In this document: positions 43,108 through 53,162 of the stretch, piece after piece
Layout: each line of letters begins with the position of its first letter
Numbering within the stretch: position 1 is the first letter of the stretch
Source of the DNA: a virus
Lineage: Duplodnaviria; Caudoviricetes
DNA: 58,597 nt
Strand: one strand, 5' to 3'
IMG/VR virus record: IMGVR_UViG_3300017903_001733
Span: 1-58,597 of that record
Position numbers and translations under genes: made by a program
The notes under the pieces: model-generated
The model's input: the letters and a program-made list of their open reading frames with translations, nothing else
Database searches by the model: none
Told to the model about the DNA's origin: nothing

Positions 43108-46013
43108 TATGGACAATCAACGTAAGAACCAGTTCCAATCTTGGCGTAACCTTTACGCTCAAGTTCAATATTATCTAGACATGCCATATTAGGCAAGAAT
43201 GAAGCACCAGCTCCACCACCACCGATAATACTGACGGAAGGCATAGTGGTGTATCTTCTATTGCGATCTAATGTTCTAACACTAATGACATATCCCCTCG
43301 TATCAATAACTGCTTCGGCAATTCCTTCTTCGCCATTGATGAGGACTTTTGGAACCTCAGTGTATCCAACACCAGGAGCAAGAATAGTAAAGGAATCAAT
43401 GATACATTGTAGATTATTTTCATCTGAAGTATTAGATTTATAGTTTACACCTTGTCTTGTAACTCGAACTTCACTGACAAATCCTCTATCATCAAGCAAT
43501 GCAATAGCACCAGCACCATATCCGTTCCCTGTAATGATAACTTGAGGAGCAGTTTGATATGGACCACCAGGAGTGTTGATAGGAATGTAAATGATACTAC
43601 CATCTTCATCGGTGATTGGATCACCTGCAGTTGGTTTAGTGATATCAAATCCAGGTTGTGTTACGTCTCCATCTAGTTCATTTTCACCACCAGTTCCAGA
43701 CTCAGTGATGCTGAAGTCTGTGCTTACTCCTTTGCCTTGTAAAATAATAGTGGCAGTTTCAATACCTTCAGAAACTGTGTCATCTTCGATACCAAGTACA
43801 AATGCTGCAGCATTATTTTTAATGATGAAAGTGCCAGACAAAGATTGTGATACAAAATCATCTGCACTGATACCAGTACCAATCAAATAATAATCAACTT
43901 CCGTACCATCAGCAACATTTTGAGTAACAACTGAAACTAGAACATCTTCTCCTTCTTCATAGGATGGTTTGTCTGTGCTAATATTATATACCTCAACTTG
44001 TGTTGCATCTGGTCCTACAGGAGCAGTGATTGTGGAATCAATTACTACATCAGTAACAGCATCTGGAGTATAATCAACTTCATCAACTGTAATTGCTGCA
44101 GCAACTACCCCCTCCATTCTTAATAGTTCAGGAACATCTTCAGTCACACCATCCTGTGCAATTTGAACAGAAACTGATGCGGTGTTATTGTTCATGATTA
44201 CAGATCCTGTAAGATCTCCATTAATATCAGCAGAAGTGATTTGTGGACCACTCAACTGCCAATTGATAGTTGTAGCATTGGGAATATTCACACCAGTGAA
44301 AGTAAACACTGCAGTATCTCCTTCTTGGTATACACCAGAATTAGCATCAACTGTGAGGAATGGTTCATTTCCTTGTGGCAGAGGTGTTGTTGGATCTGGA
44401 TCTGGATCTTCGACAATAGGATCTACAACCTCATCATCTTCTTCGATGTCATCATCATCAAAGTCTGGTTCATCAACATCAGGGGGAACATAATCAATAA
44501 CTGCATCACCACTGGGTGGTGTATTTGGTGTGGATGGATTGGGATCGTTTGGAACACCGCCAACAAAAGTAATACTTGTATCTGGTTGTGGTGGAACTGC
44601 CTTTGCCTCATCACAAACAAAAGCAGATTGATCTCCGATACCAGATTCAATTGCTTTTAATAGTTTATCTAAATCATCAGACTGATCCGAAGAACAGTCA
44701 GTACACTTTTGTTTGATTGGTTCACACTCTTGCCCAGGTCCAGTACATGTGATACCTAGAAGTTTCATAAAGTTATTAACAATACCACCAATGAAATTCA
44801 ATGGTGCAGCAATTGCTTCTAAGATTGATTGGATTGGTGCAAGAACTTTATTGACTACCTCTTCAAATTTTGCTAGAATTTCATTAAGAATACCATCTAC
44901 TAACGTATCAATAAAACATGCTGCATTGTTGAATACATCTTGAATGTATCCCATTAGCAAATCAGTAATAAACCTAGCAATAGTATCAGTGATGTCAGCA
45001 ATACTACAACCAAGATCTTGGAATATCTTATCAAAGATTTCTTTGATCTTCTTGAATCTATTTCCTTTCTCTTTAATAGGTTTGAATGCTTTGTCTGGAT
45101 CTGCAAGTGGTCCAGTGTTACCAACAATAGTTTCCTCTGTTAGTAATGCATTGTTGAGAAAATCGATAGCACCACGTAATGCTTTCGTGACCTCGGTTTT
45201 TCCTCTAGCAATAAAACTCTTAACTAATCTAACAACACGACCAATGTGGAATCTTGCTACTGCAACACTGTCATATAGTAAACCATTGACTTTACTTACA
45301 TAGTAGTCACCAATTTGACCACCTGATGCTTGGTTAGCAGCAAGAAGATCTCCTACAAGTCTAGTCATTCCAGACTTGAGATCATTTTCTTGTCCGCAAT
45401 TGGGGTTACCAATAACTACACAACTCTGTCCGCCAACAGGGTTTGCTTCTGAGTGCTTAGCATATGCTGCTAGAAGAATAGGGGGTGCTCCATTCTTTTG
45501 ATCTGCCTTGTCAGCATCCAACACACCTTTGTCAGTGTTAGCACCATCTTTATTCTTACCACTCTGTGTCTCTGTAGATCTATTCTGTTGAGGATTTACT
45601 TTAGGATCTACAAATGGAGTGAAGTTTAGTGGACCAGATCCAGGATCAACATTACTTACCTTGGTTGATCCCTTAACACCACCAACAGAACCCATGATGA
45701 TAGGTTTCTGCTTGTCATTATCAAGATAAAAACCAACTACAAAGCAACCACGTTGCAGACCAGGAGATGCACCACCAGTACCACCTTCAATAAATGGTGT
45801 GGTTACAGGCATCATCAAGTGTGCCCATGGTAGATCTTCTGTTGGCGTGGCATTCTCACCTGTCTTTAGGTGTTGTCCAATGATACGCACACGAAAACGA
45901 CCAGACCTTTTAGGGTCATCTTTCTTATTGGTCTCTACCTGACCGATCCACCAGGAGAATCCGTCAGAACCAATCTGATGTATGGGATATAGCGATGATA
46001 AAGATTGATCCAT
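43107..46013 (-). CDS. gp5: baseplate hub/spike protein gp5 (OB-fold N-terminus, extended)
   Basis: WWIGQVE...DDP..SGR.RVRIIG.H...LPWA..MMPVT...VVGFYLD..KQ.PIIMGS. Confidence 0.88.
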   Translation of the reverse strand: MDQSLSSLYPIHQIGSDGFSWWIGQVETNKKDDPKRSGRFRVRIIGQHLKTGENATPTEDLPWAHLMMPVTTPFIEGGTGGASPGLQRGCFVVGFYLDNDKQKPIIMGSVGGVKGSTKVSNVDPGSGPLNFTPFVDPKVNPQQNRSTETQSGKNKDGANTDKGVLDADKADQKNGAPPILLAAYAKHSEANPVGGQSCVVIGNPNCGQENDLKSGMTRLVGDLLAANQASGGQIGDYYVSKVNGLLYDSVAVARFHIGRVVRLVKSFIARGKTEVTKALRGAIDFLNNALLTEETIVGNTGPLADPDKAFKPIKEKGNRFKKIKEIFDKIFQDLGCSIADITDTIARFITDLLMGYIQDVFNNAACFIDTLVDGILNEILAKFEEVVNKVLAPIQSILEAIAAPLNFIGGIVNNFMKLLGITCTGPGQECEPIKQKCTDCSSDQSDDLDKLLKAIESGIGDQSAFVCDEAKAVPPQPDTSITFVGGVPNDPNPSTPNTPPSGDAVIDYVPPDVDEPDFDDDDIEEDDEVVDPIVEDPDPDPTTPLPQGNEPFLTVDANSGVYQEGDTAVFTFTGVNIPNATTINWQLSGPQITSADINGDLTGSVIMNNNTASVSVQIAQDGVTEDVPELLRMEGVVAAAITVDEVDYTPDAVTDVVIDSTITAPVGPDATQVEVYNISTDKPSYEEGEDVLVSVVTQNVADGTEVDYYLIGTGISADDFVSQSLSGTFIIKNNAAAFVLGIEDDTVSEGIETATIILQGKGVSTDFSITESGTGGENELDGDVTQPGFDITKPTAGDPITDEDGSIIYIPINTPGGPYQTAPQVIITGNGYGAGAIALLDDRGFVSEVRVTRQGVNYKSNTSDENNLQCIIDSFTILAPGVGYTEVPKVLINGEEGIAEAVIDTRGYVISVRTLDRNRRYTTMPSVSIIGGGGAGASFLPNMACLDNIELERKGYAKIGTGSYVDCP

Positions 46014-46032
46014 CTTTTAATAACTCCTACTC

Positions 46033-47424
46033 TTATTTAACGTTAGAGTCGTATTCTTTAATACCCATGGTATCACGAATTAAATTTAATACTGTGGTGA
46101 ACTCTGGTTCTCCACTCTCTTTGATCAGTTGATAGTTATGTGACAACTGAGCAATGAGATATGTACCGCTGTTCTCCTCGTCCCATTGCTGACTCTCTCT
46201 AATTGCTTCGGCAGCAACGTTAGGAATATAGATCTTTATTTTATCTCCTACTTTTAAGTCTGAGTTGCCAGGGATAGTAATCTCTACCTTTTGGTTTTCC
46301 ATCAGGTATCGTCTTCCAATTGACTGTGCTGTGTAATACTTTGCATAGTCAGGAAACTCTGCGTCACCATCTTCTTCTGGGTTAGCAATACCATCTCCGT
46401 CGTACCATAGTTCGGGATCCAATAGAACTGTCATGATTCTACTGGGTTTAGCACTCAGATCTTTTTGATACTTTGGAACATCAGTTTGACTGCCTAGATG
46501 TGACATGTTATTAAAGGTAGTCTTCATGTCATAGTTATACTCTTCGTATTTCTGCGACGATAAATCGAAGTAACACATGTGTGTGGAGTAGATACCATTG
46601 TTTAATTTGTCAATGATATCAATCTCATCTGTAAATTTATAGTTCTCGATGGTATTAAATGCAGACTCAGAAGATTGACCAACAGCAGGACGAGAATAGT
46701 ATTCTGCTACTGGTTCATCACCACCAAAAGTATCACTACCATCAGAACATAATAGATCCATAGACTTGAACACAAATCCATCTGCATTCTGGAAAAATAG
46801 ATATCCTGCAGTACCAGATGCTTTAGTTGCATTAGCACCAAGTTCTCCTCCAGGTTGTGCATTCTCTACACCACCACCTTTCTTAAACTTAGAAGACTTC
46901 GGCACAGATCTTGCCATTAATGATTGAATAATAGCATGTGGTTTCCTACCATTGGGAAACATACTCATCTTAAACTTAGATGTCTCAGTGAAAATCTTCT
47001 CTTGTGATACACCTAGATTATTTTTAAGTACATCTATGACAATCTGTTCAGGATGTGCTTTCATTTTCTTTGTAACTCTAGCACCTTCATTTGCCATTGC
47101 TTCTTTTGATAGCAATGCTAAGTTGTACATCTGCCTGTTCTTATCTACAACTCTGTTGTAAACTTTATAAACATAGAGTTCATACTCTACATTCTCTCCC
47201 TTGACATTATCAAGAGTAAAATTAATTTTTTCACCGCCTTGGATAGGTAGATTGCCAATCAAGTTTTGTCCACTATCAACAACAACCATGTTAGCACTAA
47301 CAAATGGCGTAAAGATGTCCTCATAGTATGAGAATGCACCAACAGTTGATGTCATAACAAATTGAGTACCATCAACACTAGTGATGACCACAGATTTCGG
47401 ATTAAAGAATTTAGAATTAGACAT
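46033..47424 (-). CDS. baseplate hub protein (gp27-like)
   Basis: YYEDIF.P...A.M.VVDS, YLFFQ..DGF.FKS, IPGNSDL.VGD and SG.YLI..L.H; position upstream of gp5. Confidence 0.75.
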   Translation of the reverse strand: MSNSKFFNPKSVVITSVDGTQFVMTSTVGAFSYYEDIFTPFVSANMVVVDSGQNLIGNLPIQGGEKINFTLDNVKGENVEYELYVYKVYNRVVDKNRQMYNLALLSKEAMANEGARVTKKMKAHPEQIVIDVLKNNLGVSQEKIFTETSKFKMSMFPNGRKPHAIIQSLMARSVPKSSKFKKGGGVENAQPGGELGANATKASGTAGYLFFQNADGFVFKSMDLLCSDGSDTFGGDEPVAEYYSRPAVGQSSESAFNTIENYKFTDEIDIIDKLNNGIYSTHMCYFDLSSQKYEEYNYDMKTTFNNMSHLGSQTDVPKYQKDLSAKPSRIMTVLLDPELWYDGDGIANPEEDGDAEFPDYAKYYTAQSIGRRYLMENQKVEITIPGNSDLKVGDKIKIYIPNVAAEAIRESQQWDEENSGTYLIAQLSHNYQLIKESGEPEFTTVLNLIRDTMGIKEYDSNVK

Positions 47425-49568
47425 TAGAATTGATGTTGCATGTATGGATTTTCACCATTGATTGCTGCCCAAGGTGAAGTGAGGGGAGCACTCTGTTGCA
47501 TTTGTGCTGGCGCTGGTGTTGGTGTAGATGGCAAAACAATAGGCGGCAGTGTAGTTATTCCTGCTTTACTAGGATCAATTGCTGCTCCTGTTGTTGGTGG
47601 AGTTGCACCAGGAGATACTACAGGAGGTGGCGGTGTACCAATAGTAGTTACTTCTCCACCCACAGTAAATACTGATGATGCAAATGGAGATCCATCAACT
47701 GGTCCTCCACTTCTAGTTGGATAGTATTCAAAGTGTAGATGTGGACCAGTGGTAGGACCAGCACCAGGAGTTCCAGGTTGTCCACCAGTCTCACCAATGA
47801 GTGTTCCAGGAGTAACAACACTTCCAGGACTTACTGCAACCTTACTCATGTGTAGATATCTAGATCGAGATCCATCATCATGTTGAATGTATACCTCACC
47901 ATTGTTACCAATAGCAGGAACAGTAGTGTCAATAACTTTTCCTGGTTTTTTAACTGCTAGTGGTGTGCCTTGTGGAATGCCATAGTCAACACCCATGTGA
48001 TTTGTTGAACCAACACCGCCAGGAGATCGACGATAACCAAAACCAGATGTGATTTGATAACCATCAACAGATCCACCACCTGATACCATACCAGGCGACA
48101 TAAATCCCATGGCACCACCACCAACCGCTGCTGCTGCACCACCAGCAGCACCTTTTCGCTGTTTCTTTCCTCTTCTTCCCCCACCTTTAAGTTCAATACC
48201 ACCTGCTTTTGATTCCTCTCCCCCAAAAAATGCAGTGACTAAATTTTCTGGAATGCCAAACGCTGCTGCAGCAGGTGTGAACATTTTCTGGATGACTGGT
48301 CTGAATATTTGACCAATACCACCCATCTTATTAACAACATTACTAGCAGTGCTCATCAACACAGCACCAGCAGCAATTGTGGGTAGTTGCAGTGCCTTAG
48401 CAAATGGATCTGCTTTCTTTACATTGTCTTGGTTCTGTTTGACTGCTGTTTCTAGAGTATTCTTAGGAACAACTGCCTGATCTCCACCACCTCCGAGTGG
48501 TGTTGGGTTGTCAAGGACACCACCAGATGCTAGTCCTTTGCGTCCAGGTGGTGTTGGGTTGTCAAGGACACCACCAGATGCTAGTCCTTTGCGTCCAGGT
48601 AGCACTCTGGATGCCATGCGAGGAGCGAATCCATTGATGCCAGCACCACCTCTTGCTCTCGCCCATGGTGTACTGGATCCCATCCTTTGTGGTCCGATAG
48701 GATTGGTGTACATCCTACCCTTAGACATGCGTGGCATTCTATTTTTGCCACGACCACCACGACGACCTAGTAAGTTAAGACCAAAGTTGACAATGTTTCC
48801 TAACAGTCCTCCACCGCCACCTGCTTTGTCTCTTTCATTATCAAATGCAACACCACCTGCCATGCGGTTGCGTGATTCAGCAGCATTTTCAGTACGTGCA
48901 ACTTCGGCAGCATCTTCTGCTTTTATCTGTTGAGCAAGACTCTCTTCTGATGCTTTGACCTGTTGTTCTTCTAGACTATTATTCTTGGAGAAGAATGTTC
49001 CTATGCCACGGACATTCTCTGCCATTCTCACGACTAGAGATGGTGTCTTGTCACCATCTTCTTTTTGTCTTAGTGCATCTACCTTAGCACCAAGAATAGA
49101 AAACTTCTCTGCGATGCTAGCAGATAATTTACCAAGCGCACCTTGCTCTTTATATCCTGCACCTTCTAGATCTAGTTCACCCTGCTTAACTTTCTGTACT
49201 TCTGCAGGTTGTGCTGCTATCAGCGCGTCAAATCTTTTCTGTTTATCTAATGCTGGATCGTTCTGTTTTTCTGGATCTCTTTGAAAGAATCCTGTAGTTC
49301 TTCTACGTAAATCACCACCAAACTCAGTGCCCAGTGCCTTCTTCATGAAGAACATGTTGCCTTGTTCTTCTTTTTGTGCTAGGAGATCGGTAAGTCTTTG
49401 TTGTTCTTCTTTAGTTTTACCTGATTTATTTTGTAGTTCTTCAATCTCATTCTGTTGTCTGCGTCTAGCACCAGCTGCCATCTGAATGGCACTACCAAGT
49501 TTCTCGCCCAATGCACCAGCGAGGTTGCCATACTCAGGTTTTTGGTAACTTACTGTGCCTGCTGCCAT
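47424..49568 (-). CDS. tail/baseplate protein with M23 peptidase domain
   Basis: ITSGFG.R, HMGVD, Y.HMS, GPHLHFE. Confidence 0.85.
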   Translation of the reverse strand: MAAGTVSYQKPEYGNLAGALGEKLGSAIQMAAGARRRQQNEIEELQNKSGKTKEEQQRLTDLLAQKEEQGNMFFMKKALGTEFGGDLRRRTTGFFQRDPEKQNDPALDKQKRFDALIAAQPAEVQKVKQGELDLEGAGYKEQGALGKLSASIAEKFSILGAKVDALRQKEDGDKTPSLVVRMAENVRGIGTFFSKNNSLEEQQVKASEESLAQQIKAEDAAEVARTENAAESRNRMAGGVAFDNERDKAGGGGGLLGNIVNFGLNLLGRRGGRGKNRMPRMSKGRMYTNPIGPQRMGSSTPWARARGGAGINGFAPRMASRVLPGRKGLASGGVLDNPTPPGRKGLASGGVLDNPTPLGGGGDQAVVPKNTLETAVKQNQDNVKKADPFAKALQLPTIAAGAVLMSTASNVVNKMGGIGQIFRPVIQKMFTPAAAAFGIPENLVTAFFGGEESKAGGIELKGGGRRGKKQRKGAAGGAAAAVGGGAMGFMSPGMVSGGGSVDGYQITSGFGYRRSPGGVGSTNHMGVDYGIPQGTPLAVKKPGKVIDTTVPAIGNNGEVYIQHDDGSRSRYLHMSKVAVSPGSVVTPGTLIGETGGQPGTPGAGPTTGPHLHFEYYPTRSGGPVDGSPFASSVFTVGGEVTTIGTPPPPVVSPGATPPTTGAAIDPSKAGITTLPPIVLPSTPTPAPAQMQQSAPLTSPWAAINGENPYMQHQF
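48497..48600. repeat. exact 51-bp tandem duplication (17 aa)
   Basis: two identical units at 48497-48547 and 48548-48598, encoding PGRKGLASGGVLDNPTP twice. Confidence 0.95.
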
Positions 49569-49570
49569 GC

Positions 49571-49625
49571 TCGACTTTTTTCCTAAAATTTTGGCGGAGA
49601 ATTTTTTTCAGAATTCAGGTAATCA
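49571..49625 (+). repeat. 55-bp spaced element, copy 2
   Basis: TCGACTTTTTT..TGGCGG(49592)..TAATCA(49620). Confidence 0.85.
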
Positions 49626-49650
49626 AAAGGTGAATTTGGTATCACCTATG

Positions 49651-49657
49651 TATTTAT
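49651..49657 (-). promoter_or_regulatory. late promoter ATAAATA
   Basis: TGATAAATA overlapping the upstream stop codon. Confidence 0.6.
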
Positions 49658-52272
49658 CAGTTGACTTGTAACCTGGCACGCTTAAGTGCATCCAATGTAG
49701 TTCTGTTTCCTTGCCTATCATAATAGAAATGAGCAACGCCTGCATCAACTCCCATGTCATGGTTCTTTCTGTAACCTACTGGAGTTGATGAACCTTCAAT
49801 AATAATAGGTTGGAATGTCATTGAACCAAATTGATCATTCTCTTGCATCTTCTGTAAGTTCTTAGGCAATGGCACCATTTGCTCAGGTGATGGAGGTGTC
49901 ATCACTTCTTGATTCTGTTGATCAGGTGCCTCTGGTGGTTGTGTTCCCACTGGTCCAGGAGTCTCTGCTGTGTGACCACCATTATCATCTGCAGCGGCAA
50001 CAGGTTGCCCTGGCGGAGAACCAGGAGGTGGTGCCATGTCAGGCATGTCTGCACTCAGACCCATCTTATTAATCATTCCCTCATAAACAGCGGGAGTATA
50101 CTTTGCTTGAATACTAGCAGCAGGGATCTCCCAATACTTCATCCACCAGTGAGCAGCTTCTCCAGGACTACTGAATTGTGTCTGCAAATACTCTGGTCCA
50201 CGATGCTCCTGCAAAGCATAATCAATCTGACCCTTCCAGTTTGATTGCCAATTAGGAACCGCTGCCATCATAGGTCCACCACGACCTGCTGCCATGTTCC
50301 ATTGGAACAATCCAAACGATCCACCGATTCCACGATCACCATGAGCACCAATCTTAAATCCAGACTCGCGCATGATGTTAACGACGAGACCTTTAGCATG
50401 AACCTCAGGGATTCCTTTCGATAGTAGGTATTTGTAAACAGCACCAGCAGATGTCTTACCTTCACCACCACCCATGTTGATGCCAGGAATAGGACCACCA
50501 GCACCCGCTGCCTGCTGACCATTCATAGTTTCTTGTGGATCTACTCCACCAATACCACCAGATTGTTTCAGTTGTTGATCTGCAACGGCAGCTTCAGATT
50601 GAATTCCTTCTGCTCCATCTCCAACTACACCTTGGACATTGAAGTTTGAAATGCCAAACAATCTTTCGAGAGGTCCGATCTCTTGCTTGATAAATGGTTT
50701 GACTTTCTCCCCACCAACCTGTTCAATAATTTTTTTAGTGATACCAAGGATGAATGGGATAGCACTCAATCCCCCAGTGCTTACCTGCGACACCTGCTTA
50801 ACTACTTTTCTACCAGTAGTAGATGACAGACTGAACACTGCCTCTGGTCCTGCTTCACCAGCAAGGAATCCACCCGACGCTAGTTTCTCTGGCGATGGAT
50901 CAATTGATCCTAGACCACCAGACTGATCGGCAAATGATGATGGTGCTCCTGCTGCCTCTTTCACCTCTGGTGTTGAGTTTGTAGGATCTTTTGGTGCTCC
51001 ACCTGTGAGTGCATCATACAAGAATCCACCGACCATATCACCAAGGATACCACCAGCAACTGTACCAACAAATGGGATAGGAATCAGTGTGCCTAACGCA
51101 CCACCCAATGTAGCACCAACTGCTTTCGCTGCTGCTCTACCTACTGGTTCACCCAGCATTAATGAAACAGCAAAGTCAATTAGACCACCAAAGATAGGAA
51201 TGCGTATTATAATTGGACGCATGAGACCTAGTGCTGCTTTCTTAATGAATGACTGAGTTACTCTAACTGCAGCAGTCTTAGCAAGTTTCTTGCCACCTAA
51301 TCTTAACGCTGTTCGGGTGAGAGCTCTACCCGCACCTCTTCTGCCGACTCTACCTGCTGCTTTACCACCCTGTCGCAGAAAGTCATCGCCTGACAGAAAA
51401 TCAAGAGCAGTATCCAGTAAACCTGGCTTCTCCTGATCATCTTCTGAAGTTTCGTCTTCATCTCTTTCGTTATCGTACTTTAGTAACGAAGTATTGTCTA
51501 CGACCTCTTCACTAGGAGATTCAATTGCCTCCACTTGCTGTTGATCTTTTTGCGCTGCGTTGAATCTAAAGAATTTCTTCTGGATTTCAACTGCTTTCTT
51601 CTTAATTGTATTGCTTTCTTTGATGTGAGACTTGACATCTTCTGTGGTCTCTTGCTCTACATCAAAGGCAAGTTCTAATTGTTCTTCTTTATTTTGTTTT
51701 GATCTAATTAGATCATCAAACTTCCCAGTAAGAATGGAGAACGCCTTGCCGATTCCACCATCATTCTCACTCTCAGGTGCAGGTAGAGGACCCTGCTGCA
51801 TCTCAAAGTATGGATTAACTTGTGCCGAGAACCTACCTGACCTACCCAACGCTGGGTCTTGGACATCAGTAGGATCTGACGAGAATGTTCCTTTGGTTCT
51901 GTTGATTAAGTCACCACCAAACTGGAACTTAGCTGCCTGGTATAGATAAAACCCAGGATCTTTTTTAATTTTGTTAGGGTCAGCAGCACGAGCTGCTGTT
52001 GCCATGGAGAATGTCTCTCCGATTTTACCACCAAGAAATCCAGCAAGAGAGTCTCCCTGTTGAGTAGGAGCAACCTTGATTACTTTAAACTTTACTTTCT
52101 TGGGTTTGACTTTGCTCTCACTTGGAAGAGGTAAGGGATCTGGTTCCCCTTTCTCATCCTCTTTGTAGATAGATTCCAAAAGAGGATCCAGCATGTTCTC
52201 ATCGAAGCCCCTTTCCATGCGGTCAAGGACTTCTTGTAGACTCTTCTTCCTCTTAGGATCTACCTCAGGCAT
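49657..52272 (-). CDS. tape-measure-like tail protein with phage tail lysozyme domain
   Basis: helical and Gly/Ala-rich hydrophobic segments; A.G.V.NI.RESG...GSFGLFQW...Q..Y...E motif. Confidence 0.78.
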   Translation of the reverse strand: MPEVDPKRKKSLQEVLDRMERGFDENMLDPLLESIYKEDEKGEPDPLPLPSESKVKPKKVKFKVIKVAPTQQGDSLAGFLGGKIGETFSMATAARAADPNKIKKDPGFYLYQAAKFQFGGDLINRTKGTFSSDPTDVQDPALGRSGRFSAQVNPYFEMQQGPLPAPESENDGGIGKAFSILTGKFDDLIRSKQNKEEQLELAFDVEQETTEDVKSHIKESNTIKKKAVEIQKKFFRFNAAQKDQQQVEAIESPSEEVVDNTSLLKYDNERDEDETSEDDQEKPGLLDTALDFLSGDDFLRQGGKAAGRVGRRGAGRALTRTALRLGGKKLAKTAAVRVTQSFIKKAALGLMRPIIIRIPIFGGLIDFAVSLMLGEPVGRAAAKAVGATLGGALGTLIPIPFVGTVAGGILGDMVGGFLYDALTGGAPKDPTNSTPEVKEAAGAPSSFADQSGGLGSIDPSPEKLASGGFLAGEAGPEAVFSLSSTTGRKVVKQVSQVSTGGLSAIPFILGITKKIIEQVGGEKVKPFIKQEIGPLERLFGISNFNVQGVVGDGAEGIQSEAAVADQQLKQSGGIGGVDPQETMNGQQAAGAGGPIPGINMGGGEGKTSAGAVYKYLLSKGIPEVHAKGLVVNIMRESGFKIGAHGDRGIGGSFGLFQWNMAAGRGGPMMAAVPNWQSNWKGQIDYALQEHRGPEYLQTQFSSPGEAAHWWMKYWEIPAASIQAKYTPAVYEGMINKMGLSADMPDMAPPPGSPPGQPVAAADDNGGHTAETPGPVGTQPPEAPDQQNQEVMTPPSPEQMVPLPKNLQKMQENDQFGSMTFQPIIIEGSSTPVGYRKNHDMGVDAGVAHFYYDRQGNRTTLDALKRARLQVN

Positions 52273-52438
52273 TTTGTTTTTGCTTGTCTTCTAGTTCTTT
52301 AAGGTATTGATTAAGCAAAGACACGTATACCGTGCGTTCCCACGGCATCATATTTTCAATCTCAGTCAAGCTATATTTATGGTGCTGCATGAGAGCAAAG
52401 TTTGTTCTATAATAATTTTCCAGAGTATTATAGAACAT
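52265..52438 (-). CDS. gp51: baseplate hub assembly catalyst gp51-like (57 aa, below ORF cutoff)
   Basis: YYRTNFALMQHHKYSLTEIENMMPWER.VYV.LL. Confidence 0.88.
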   Translation of the reverse strand: MFYNTLENYYRTNFALMQHHKYSLTEIENMMPWERTVYVSLLNQYLKELEDKQKQNA

Positions 52439-52440
52439 GC

Positions 52441-53157
52441 TTATCCGAAAAAAGATTGCAAACCCTCCAACGTGTAGGACGATTCGACACCAGTGTTAGG
52501 ATTGGTTACCTTAAACTCATGACGTAGAGTTGGCATCGTGTTGAAGAATGCTTGCACAGATTCAAACTGCTTCTGGGTGAGTCCCTCTACAAACTGAATC
52601 TTTTCTTTCATCGTGGTTGTAGAGTCATCATATACCTCATCGCCTTCATAGATCTGATCAATACACTTAGCAATGACTTCAAAAATTTCATCAGGATTAT
52701 CAGGATTCTGACCCATCATAGTGTAGTTAACAAACTCTTTCATGCCAGGGTAACGCATGATCATACCAACATTGTCTGTAAGTTTAATCTTATTGCTATG
52801 TCCTTCAGGAAATGTCACCTCAACTTGAGTGATGTCAACTGTATAATCGACCTTGGTTGTGCCATCATCATCACAAGTAATCTTCATGGCAACTTCCTCG
52901 CCAACAGATTGGGCACGGATGTTGAGGAACAAATACTCAAGATCAAATGAAGTCAGGTCATCTAGTTTGATTCTTGAAAGAACACAAGACTTTACAATAG
53001 TCTTTACTGCTTCTTCTACTTCCTTTGGTTCTTCACTTTGCGTAGCAAGCAGAAGAATCTTCTCTTCCTTTACAAGGAAGGGGCGATATTTAATTTTCTT
53101 TTTCGATGATGGCAGACTCAACTCATAAGTTGGTGTAGCAATAGATGGCAATGCCAT
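52441..53157 (-). CDS. gp26: baseplate hub assembly protein gp26-like
   Basis: MALP.IATPTYEL.LPS...IKYRPFLVKEEK.LL, FD.EY.FL.IR..SVGE, LEGLQSFF. Confidence 0.92.
   Translation of the reverse strand: MALPSIATPTYELSLPSSKKKIKYRPFLVKEEKILLLATQSEEPKEVEEAVKTIVKSCVLSRIKLDDLTSFDLEYLFLNIRAQSVGEEVAMKITCDDDGTTKVDYTVDITQVEVTFPEGHSNKIKLTDNVGMIMRYPGMKEFVNYTMMGQNPDNPDEIFEVIAKCIDQIYEGDEVYDDSTTTMKEKIQFVEGLTQKQFESVQAFFNTMPTLRHEFKVTNPNTGVESSYTLEGLQSFFG
52447..52453 (-). other. predicted -1 ribosomal frameshift site (U UUU UUC)
   Basis: TCT TTT TTC GGA TAA GC ATG; the -1 frame reads TTT TTT CGG ATA AGC ATG into gp51. Confidence 0.6.
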
Positions 53158-53162
53158 AATAA

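Noticed and set aside
418-53128. Many plus-strand ORFs of 60-212 aa (e.g. 11538..12176, 10911..11453, 29335..29766)
   Set aside because: Antisense shadows of well-supported minus-strand genes, with no recognisable motifs
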